Source: Vibrio vulnificus CMCP6 (GTDB lineage: Bacteria; Pseudomonadota; Gammaproteobacteria; Enterobacterales; Vibrionaceae). Taken from it: a stretch of 32,000 nt of DNA. The notes beneath the pieces are model-generated. The model worked only from the letters and a program-made list of their open reading frames with translations. It searched no databases and was not told where the DNA came from. Of this stretch, positions 25,703 to 32,000 are shown one piece after another (the stretch's first letter is position 1; the number at the start of each line of letters is the position of its first letter). The stretch is taken from the NCBI RefSeq assembly GCF_000039765.1, contig NC_004459.3, positions 90,001 through 122,000 on the forward strand. Direction: 5' to 3'. The position numbers and the translations under genes were made by a program.

Positions 25703-26646
25703 TAATCAGGGAAGCTGACATAGGGCTCCAGCTGTTTGTCCCAATGACACGGCGTACCGATTTTTTGTTTAATGAAATCGATGACAGCGGAGGTTTTTTT
25801 CGGCATATGCTGGCGGCTAGGATACACCGCATAAAATGGCATTTCCTGATTCGCGCGCCAATCTGGCAACAGTTGAATCAGTTTCCCAGTTCTAAACTCA
25901 TCACCAAGCAAGTAGGTCGCCAGATAGCCAATCCCCCACCCTGAGATCGCCGCGTCTCGAACCGCCTCAGCCAGATCAACCGAATAATTGCCCGATACCT
26001 TGACGCTAAGGTGCTCCCCTTGGCGGCGAAACGCCCAACTGGTGTAATCACGCTCCCAGCTTCGGTAAATCAGGCAGTTGTGATTGGCGAGATCATTGGG
26101 CTCCTTCGGTGCATCATGCTGCAGCAAATAGTCAGGAGACGCCGCGACAACGAACTGACAATCCGCTAAACGCTGAGCAATGTAGCCTTCTGGTAAATGT
26201 TCATGATTGGTGATCCAGAGATCCAACCCTTCTTGCAGCATGTCGACTTTGTAATCAAACAGATGCATTTCCACTTGCAGTAGCGGGTATTTCTGGCGCA
26301 GTTCATCAATGGCAGGGAGAATATGCAAAGTACCAAAGGATTGCGACAAGCCAATTCGTACTAAACCGGCAATTTCATCGCGCTGGCTCTCCATTTCATG
26401 CTGCGCATTATTCACCGCCTGCACCACTTGCTGGCAATGGTGATAGAAGGCCAATCCTGCTTCAGTTGGTGTAAAGCTGCGCGTGGTGCGTTGGATCAAC
26501 TTGATCCCCAACGATGCTTCGAGTTGTGCCAGTTGCTTACTGACATGAGAAACCGACACCGCTAAGCTCTTAGCGGCAGAAGTGAAGTTTTGATGTTTGA
26601 CGAGGGCGGCAAAAACCACCATTTGTGCTGCGCGTTCAGATAACAT
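25702..26646 (-). CDS. LysR-family transcriptional regulator
   Basis: FAALVKHQNFTSAAKSLAVSVSHVSKQLAQLEASLGIKLIQRTTRSFTPTEAG. Confidence 0.92.
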   Translation of the reverse strand: MLSERAAQMVVFAALVKHQNFTSAAKSLAVSVSHVSKQLAQLEASLGIKLIQRTTRSFTPTEAGLAFYHHCQQVVQAVNNAQHEMESQRDEIAGLVRIGLSQSFGTLHILPAIDELRQKYPLLQVEMHLFDYKVDMLQEGLDLWITNHEHLPEGYIAQRLADCQFVVAASPDYLLQHDAPKEPNDLANHNCLIYRSWERDYTSWAFRRQGEHLSVKVSGNYSVDLAEAVRDAAISGWGIGYLATYLLGDEFRTGKLIQLLPDWRANQEMPFYAVYPSRQHMPKKTSAVIDFIKQKIGTPCHWDKQLEPYVSFPD

Positions 26647-26691
26647 GTTTATCGCTGTTGGCTTGTGGCTAACACCACAAGCCGAATTGAA

Positions 26692-27681
26692 TTAATTTTT
26701 GATGCGGTCAGCCAAATGGCTCACTGCCAGTGCAAAGTAATGCGAGCGATTCCACTTCATCAACACATTGTAGTTGTTGTAGACCAGATAAGCGCGGCCA
26801 TTTTCATCATCGGGCATCACTAACCAAGCTTTAATGTCTTCGTTTAGCTTAGGTAATGGGCGTCCATTGATACTAGTAATACCCAGTTTTTTCCATTCCT
26901 GCAGGTATTTGCCTTTCGCCTCTTCTCGCCCTTCTAGCTCAAGATCAAACCCTTTCGGCACGCGCACTTGGCGACCCCAAGTGTATTTATCATCCCAACC
27001 CGATTGGCTGAGGTAACTGGCTGTTGAAGCAAACACATCGGCTTTGGTATTCCAGATGTCTTTCTTGCCATCACCGTTACCGTCTGCCGCATAGGCAAGG
27101 AAAGAGCTTGGCATAAACTGACACTGCCCCATCGCACCTGCCCAAGAGCCTTTGAAGTTTTCAAACTCAATATGCCCTTGGTCTAAGATTTTCAGCGCTG
27201 CCATGGTTTCTGCACGAAAGAAGGCTTCACGACGCCCTTCATAGGCCATGGTTGATAAAGCATCGACCACAGGGAAATTGCCGGTGAACTTACCAAAGTT
27301 ACTCTCAACGCCCCACAACGCGACAATAAAGCGCGCTTGTACGCCATAGCGATCCGCAATCTGGCTCAATTCAGCGTAATGCTTTGCATAGAGATCTTTG
27401 GCTTGTTTCACTTTCCAATCGGGCACCGCACGAGGAAGATATTCATCCAGCGTTTGTTTTTTCTCCGGTTGGTTGCGATCGGCTTTTACCGCTCGTGGCT
27501 TAAATTGCACATCGCGAAAGGCTTGCTCTATGGTTTGAGCCGAAATGCCTTCTTCTGCCGCTTGGGCTTTTAAACGCTCAAGATACTGCTCAAAACTTTC
27601 AGTGTTCGCCCACGCCGATGAACAAAGTCCGATGCTGAGTATCGCGGTTACCAATTTTTTCAAATAGCCCTCCTTGAGCAA
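26692..27681 (-). CDS. Lytic murein transglycosylase (MltB-like)
   Basis: Signal peptide, then YGVQARFIVALWGVESNFGKFTGNFPVVDALSTMAYEGRR...GSWAGAMGQCQFMPSSFLAYAADGNGDGKKDIW. Confidence 0.9.
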   Translation of the reverse strand: MLKEGYLKKLVTAILSIGLCSSAWANTESFEQYLERLKAQAAEEGISAQTIEQAFRDVQFKPRAVKADRNQPEKKQTLDEYLPRAVPDWKVKQAKDLYAKHYAELSQIADRYGVQARFIVALWGVESNFGKFTGNFPVVDALSTMAYEGRREAFFRAETMAALKILDQGHIEFENFKGSWAGAMGQCQFMPSSFLAYAADGNGDGKKDIWNTKADVFASTASYLSQSGWDDKYTWGRQVRVPKGFDLELEGREEAKGKYLQEWKKLGITSINGRPLPKLNEDIKAWLVMPDDENGRAYLVYNNYNVLMKWNRSHYFALAVSHLADRIKN

Positions 27682-27713
27682 TCGAGCTGACTTTAACTCA
27701 GGGCAATCACGCC

Positions 27714-27995
27714 TTAGTCGTTTTTCTGCTGCGCTTTACGCTCTTTATGTTGTTGTAATAGATTTTCTGGCGGAGGTGGCAGTTGCAAGAAAAAGCCCTC
27801 GTTGTTGAGCGATTCTTTTACTTTTTCAATGTTCACTAATGCCAAACTACGCCCTTCAAGATTCACCGTCATCACATGAGAAGGCTTACCGAACATCTGC
27901 ATCAATGTGTCAGGGACCTGTGAAAAATCATCTTTTTTTGGGATGTAAAGATATGTGCCTTCTTTCTTAGAACTTTTATAGATAGAACAAAGCAT
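27714..27995 (-). CDS. ycgL: YcgL domain protein
   Basis: [46 protein letters not shown] is a signature YcgL N-terminus; adjacent to minC. Confidence 0.85.
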   Translation of the reverse strand: MLCSIYKSSKKEGTYLYIPKKDDFSQVPDTLMQMFGKPSHVMTVNLEGRSLALVNIEKVKESLNNEGFFLQLPPPPENLLQQHKERKAQQKND

Positions 27996-28170
27996 GACAA
28001 GCCTTTTGTGCTGATTTTCGCGTTTGACACGCGAAATTTAATTTAAACCTAATTTTTTAGACGAAATCACTTATTTGACAGCAAGAGAACTTGCTGCGTA
28101 TTGGGATGAAATATAACATGACAGCCTTAGTAAAAGACAACGCTCTTTCAACAAAGGCAAGAAGTATCTA

Positions 28171-28833
28171 ATGTCTCACTCTCCAGACCTAAAAGGTAGC
28201 AGCTTTACGTTATCGGTTCTGCACCTTTGCAACAACTCGGTCGACACGGCTATCGAATTCGTCAAAGAAAAAGTTGAGCAAGCGCCCGCTTTTTTCGCGG
28301 CTGCACCTGTTGTGATCAATATCGCCAACGTTGAAGGCGACCTCGATTTTGTCGCGCTAAAACAAGGCATATCACAAGCCGGTTTTATTCCTGTAGGAAT
28401 CACTGGAGCAAAAGATAAACGAACCCAGAATCTGGCTTCCGACGCTGGGTTTGCCATTATGTCGGCCAGCAAATCGCCAACGCAGGCCCCAGCAAAGATG
28501 GCGCCAACCAAAATTGTTCGCACCCCAATTCGCTCTGGCCAGCAAATTTACGCCAAAGACGGTGATTTGGTCATTCTTAATCACGTCAGTGCGGGGGCCG
28601 AAGTTATCGCCGATGGCTCGATCCATATTCACGGCACCTTACGTGGCCGAGCGATTGCCGGGGCAAGTGGCCAAAAGGAAGCACGAATTATTTGCCATGA
28701 CTTGCAAGCAGAGCTGATCTCAATTGCGGGCAACTACTGGCTCAGTGACCAAATTGAACGCCAATTTTGGCAGCAAAAAGTGATGTTGAGCTTGGTGGAC
28801 GAATCACTCCATCTCGAAGCGCTCACTCAGTAA
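28171..28833 (+). CDS. minC: Septum site-determining protein MinC
   Basis: FSLSVLHL-like N-domain, [17 protein letters not shown]...[17 protein letters not shown] MinC C-domain. Confidence 0.95.
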   Translation: MSHSPDLKGSSFTLSVLHLCNNSVDTAIEFVKEKVEQAPAFFAAAPVVINIANVEGDLDFVALKQGISQAGFIPVGITGAKDKRTQNLASDAGFAIMSASKSPTQAPAKMAPTKIVRTPIRSGQQIYAKDGDLVILNHVSAGAEVIADGSIHIHGTLRGRAIAGASGQKEARIICHDLQAELISIAGNYWLSDQIERQFWQQKVMLSLVDESLHLEALTQ

Positions 28834-28855
28834 AGAATTAAAAGGAAATCACACA

Positions 28856-29670
28856 ATGGCACGCATTATTGTTGTAACTTCGGGTAAAGGTGGGGGTTTG
28901 GCAAAACACCGTCCAGCGCCGCGATTGCTTCAGGCCTTGCGCTGAAAGGAAAAAAGACAGCGGTTATCGATTTTGATATCGGCCTACGTAACCTAGATTT
29001 GATCATGGGCTGTGAACGTCGTGTGGTCTATGACTTTGTTAACGTGATTAATGGCGAAGCGACGCTCAATCAAGCGATGATCAAAGACAAACGCGTCGAC
29101 AACTTATTCATTTTGCCCGCTTCTCAAACGCGCGATAAAGATGCGTTAACCAAAGAAGGGGTCAAACGTGTATTGGATGAGCTCGATGAGATGGGCTTTG
29201 ATTTTGTCATCTGTGATTCCCCTGCGGGCATCGAGCAAGGTGCGTTAATGGCGCTATACTTTGCAGATGAAGCGATTGTCACCACCAACCCAGAAGTCTC
29301 TTCTGTGCGAGATTCAGACCGTATTTTGGGGATTTTGGATTCGAAATCTCTGCGCGCAGAGCAAGGGCTTGAGCCGGTCAAGCAGCATCTTTTGTTGACC
29401 CGTTACAACCCTGCTCGAGTGAATCTTGGCGAAATGCTGAGCGTTGAAGATGTCGAGGAAATTCTGCACATTTCACTACTCGGTGTGATTCCTGAAAGCC
29501 AAGCGGTACTGAATGCCTCGAACAAAGGCGTGCCCGTGATTTTTGATGAAAACACCGATGCAGGCATGGCCTATTCAGACACCGTTGATCGCCTACTGGG
29601 TAATCAAGTGGATTTTCGTTTCCTTACTGAGGAGAAGAAAGGACTGTTTAAACGACTGTTTGGAGGCTAG
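28856..29670 (+). CDS. minD: Septum site-determining protein MinD, frameshifted near the 5' end as sequenced
   Basis: ATG at 28856 gives [13 protein letters not shown], then the frame is lost. The remaining MinD frame ([25 protein letters not shown]...) resumes +2. The ORF track captures only 28999-29670. Confidence 0.9.
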
Positions 29671-29672
29671 AT

Positions 29673-29936
29673 ATGTCACTGCTTGAGTTTTTCCGCCCAC
29701 AAAAAAAGACCTCTGCAAGCCTCGCTAAAGAGCGTTTGCAGATCATCGTCGCAGAACGCCGCAGCCAAAATGATCCTGCGCCGTCATACTTGCCACAGCT
29801 GAAAGAAGACATTCTTAAAGTGATCAGTAAATACGTCGCGATTGATCCAGCCATGGTGGATTTGACATTCGAACATAAAGACGATGATATTTCCGTCTTG
29901 GAATTAAACGTGAAACTGCCAGATGAAGAGAAATAG
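29673..29936 (+). CDS. minE: MinE cell division topological specificity factor
   Basis: [31 protein letters not shown]...[17 protein letters not shown]. Confidence 0.96.
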   Translation: MSLLEFFRPQKKTSASLAKERLQIIVAERRSQNDPAPSYLPQLKEDILKVISKYVAIDPAMVDLTFEHKDDDISVLELNVKLPDEEK

Positions 29937-29955
29937 CGCTTCATTCATCGGATAG

Positions 29956-29985
29956 AAAAACAGACGGCTTAGACCGTCTGTTTTT
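29956..29985. terminator. Bidirectional terminator between minE and rnd
   Basis: AAAAACAGACGG-CTTAGA-CCGTCTGTTTTT. Confidence 0.85.
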
Positions 29986-30018
29986 ATTTATCTATAAAGC
30001 AAATGCTCCAAGCGTGCT

Positions 30019-31134
30019 CTAAATTAGCTTGTTCATTTTTTCGCCCAGAATGTCTAAGCGCCAACCTTGCATCAAGTCTGGCAGGCGATTTTGATCGCGC
30101 TGATGTTTCCATACCCAACTGATCAGTTGATTAGTCTGCTTCTTCGACGCTAAAAACTCGCTCGCTAAACCTGTCGCTTTCGAAGCGTGAGTGACTTCGT
30201 CTTTCAGTTTTTTAAACAGTTGTTTGTAACCTGGCAAATCCATCAAACGTTCAATTGGTGCTGGATAATCCTCAGGATCAGTCTCACGCGCCGACTTCAC
30301 CATCGCAGCAATGCGGTTGCCATGACGCTGTACAGAGCGAACATCCATCCCCTCTTCTTCCATGCGCTTAAAGCTCGTCAGGCCTAAACGAGCCACTGTG
30401 AGTAAGTCATGTTCTTTGAAAACAAAGTTCAACGCTAAGTCACGACGAATCGCCTCTTGCATACGCCAAGTCGCAAGCGGCTTGAGTATCGCAAGCTCTC
30501 TTGGCTTAAGCTGCCAAGCCCCTTTGATATCGAGATAAGCATTGTCGGCATTCGGCGTTTTTACACGCTTGCTTGCTTGCAGTTCGCTCTCTTGCTGAGC
30601 CGCTTGCCACCAGCCCGCTTCCATCACTTTTTCCAACAAGATCTCGTACAGCGGCAACAAGTAGTGAACATCTGCCGCGGCGTACTCCAGCTGTTTGTCA
30701 CTCAGAGGACGAGCCAACCAGTCCGTGCGCGACTCACTCTTATCCAGTTCCACGTTAAGGTACTGCTCGACCAATGCGGCAAAGCCCGTCGATAGACCGT
30801 GACCCAAAAACGCGGCCATGATTTGCGTATCCACCATCGGCACGGGTATCGCACCCAACGCATTGTGGAACACTTCCAAATCCTCACCGCAAGCGTGAAG
30901 CACTTTCATTACCGAGGCATCGTTAAGCAACTCAGTAAACGCACTCATATCAGTCAGCACCGTTGGATCAATCAGCGAGAGGGTGTCACCATCAAAAAGC
31001 TGAATTAAGCCCAATTGTGGGTAATACGTTCGGGTGCGGACAAACTCGGTATCCAACATCACAACGTCTGCTTCGCGCGCTTTACTGCATACCCTAACTA
31101 GGTCTTGGTTTTCGGTAATAATTTGGTAATTCAC
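30019..31134 (-). CDS. rnd: Ribonuclease D
   Basis: VNYQIITENQDLVRVCSKAREADVVMLDTEFVRTRTYYPQLGLIQLFDG...; probable GTG start at 31134 (track start 31191). Confidence 0.93.
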   Translation of the reverse strand: MNYQIITENQDLVRVCSKAREADVVMLDTEFVRTRTYYPQLGLIQLFDGDTLSLIDPTVLTDMSAFTELLNDASVMKVLHACGEDLEVFHNALGAIPVPMVDTQIMAAFLGHGLSTGFAALVEQYLNVELDKSESRTDWLARPLSDKQLEYAAADVHYLLPLYEILLEKVMEAGWWQAAQQESELQASKRVKTPNADNAYLDIKGAWQLKPRELAILKPLATWRMQEAIRRDLALNFVFKEHDLLTVARLGLTSFKRMEEEGMDVRSVQRHGNRIAAMVKSARETDPEDYPAPIERLMDLPGYKQLFKKLKDEVTHASKATGLASEFLASKKQTNQLISWVWKHQRDQNRLPDLMQGWRLDILGEKMNKLI

Positions 31135-31160
31135 TCGTCTCTCGCTATCGCTTTGAAAAT

Positions 31161-31194
31161 AAAAATGCCAGCCTTGGAATTCGGCTGGCATTTT
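31161..31194 (-). terminator. Terminator downstream of fadD
   Basis: AAAATGCCAGCC-N9-GGCTGGCATTTT. Confidence 0.75.
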
Positions 31195-31221
31195 AACACT
31201 CTTCGTGACACTTTGCGCGGC

Positions 31222-32000
31222 TTACGCTGCCTCATTCTCTTTGGCAAGCTTAGCATCATTTTCATCGCGTAATACGCGACGCAAAATCTTACCGACGTTG
31301 GTTTTCGGCAGATCTTCACGGAACTCAATCAACTTCGGCACTTTATAGCCTGTCAGGTGCTGACGACAGTGATTAATGATCTCTTCTTTGGTCAGGCTTG
31401 GATCACGCTTAACCACATAAATCTTCACCACTTCGCCAGAGACTTCGTGCGGCTGACCGATGGCCGCCACTTCAAGCACCTTACCGTGCAGCGCAACCAC
31501 ATCTTCGATTTCATTTGGATAAACGTTGAAACCGGACACCAAAATCATGTCTTTCTTACGATCAACAATGTGCAAGAAGCCATCTTCATCAAACTTGACG
31601 ATGTCGCCAGTCGATAGCCAACCGTCATTGTTGATCACTTCTTTGGTCGCTTCTGGGCGCTGCCAGTAACCTTGCATCACCTGTGGGCCACGCACTTGCA
31701 ACTCACCCGTTTCACTATTAGCGAGGGCTTCACCTTCATCGTTCACAATGCGAACTTCTGTTGATGGAACGGGCAGACCAATGGAACCGTTGTAATCCAC
31801 AAGATCGTGCGGATACGCGGCAACCAGTGGTGAACACTCGGTTAAACCGTAGCCTTCTAGCAGGTAACAGCCTGTGGTTTTCTTCCACTTCTCCGCCACC
31901 GCGCGCTGAACGGCCATGCCACCACCAACCGCCAGTTTCAGATGGCTGAAGTTCAGTTCATGGAAATCTTCATTATTGACCAGCGCGTTAAACAGCGTGT
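31222..32000 (-). CDS. fadD: Long-chain-fatty-acid-CoA ligase FadD, N-terminus outside window
   Basis: [58 protein letters not shown]...[15 protein letters not shown]; frame is open to the window end. Confidence 0.93.
   Translation of the reverse strand, partial: TLFNALVNNEDFHELNFSHLKLAVGGGMAVQRAVAEKWKKTTGCYLLEGYGLTECSPLVAAYPHDLVDYNGSIGLPVPSTEVRIVNDEGEALANSETGELQVRGPQVMQGYWQRPEATKEVINNDGWLSTGDIVKFDEDGFLHIVDRKKDMILVSGFNVYPNEIEDVVALHGKVLEVAAIGQPHEVSGEVVKIYVVKRDPSLTKEEIINHCRQHLTGYKVPKLIEFREDLPKTNVGKILRRVLRDENDAKLAKENEAA

Noticed and set aside
31222-31917. FadD appears truncated in the ORF track (internal Met start)
   Set aside because: The reading frame stays open to position 32000 ([27 protein letters not shown]...). 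Truncation is a window-edge artefact, not a pseudogene.

Overview
The window splits into two parts. Positions 1 to about 20,838 are the right-hand part of a chimeric myovirus-like prophage. Positions about 20,839 to 32,000 are Vibrio-like chromosome. The prophage pairs a P2-type baseplate (I, J, W, V, PAAR spike) with a Mu-type head module (protein F, gp29/DUF935 portal, large terminase, and a protease-scaffold fused to the major capsid protein). It also carries a GTA/3TM-type holin, a GroES-like gene translationally coupled to a tyrosine recombinase, and a GH108-type endolysin. The right junction is a 3' fragment of tRNA-Pro(GGG), interpreted as an att site. A cargo island at about 8.9-12.0 kb interrupts the head genes. 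It holds a Panacea-domain gene with an unrecognised partner (candidate PanAT toxin-antitoxin), a RelE/ParE-like plus ParD-like pair, two uncharacterised ORFs, and its own terminators and operator-like palindromes. The chromosomal side encodes a two-component system, a DUF5666-like repeat lipoprotein, NupC, a LysR regulator, a lytic transglycosylase, YcgL, MinCDE, RNase D and FadD (partial). minD has a net +2 nt frameshift inside its Walker A motif. The best candidates for something new are the 858-aa protease/scaffold/capsid fusion, the Panacea-partner toxin candidate and its cargo island, the integrase-GroES coupling, and a cluster of seven AACCYATGGRA-like repeats upstream of the integrase. 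All family calls come from reading sequence motifs by eye. No database search was run.
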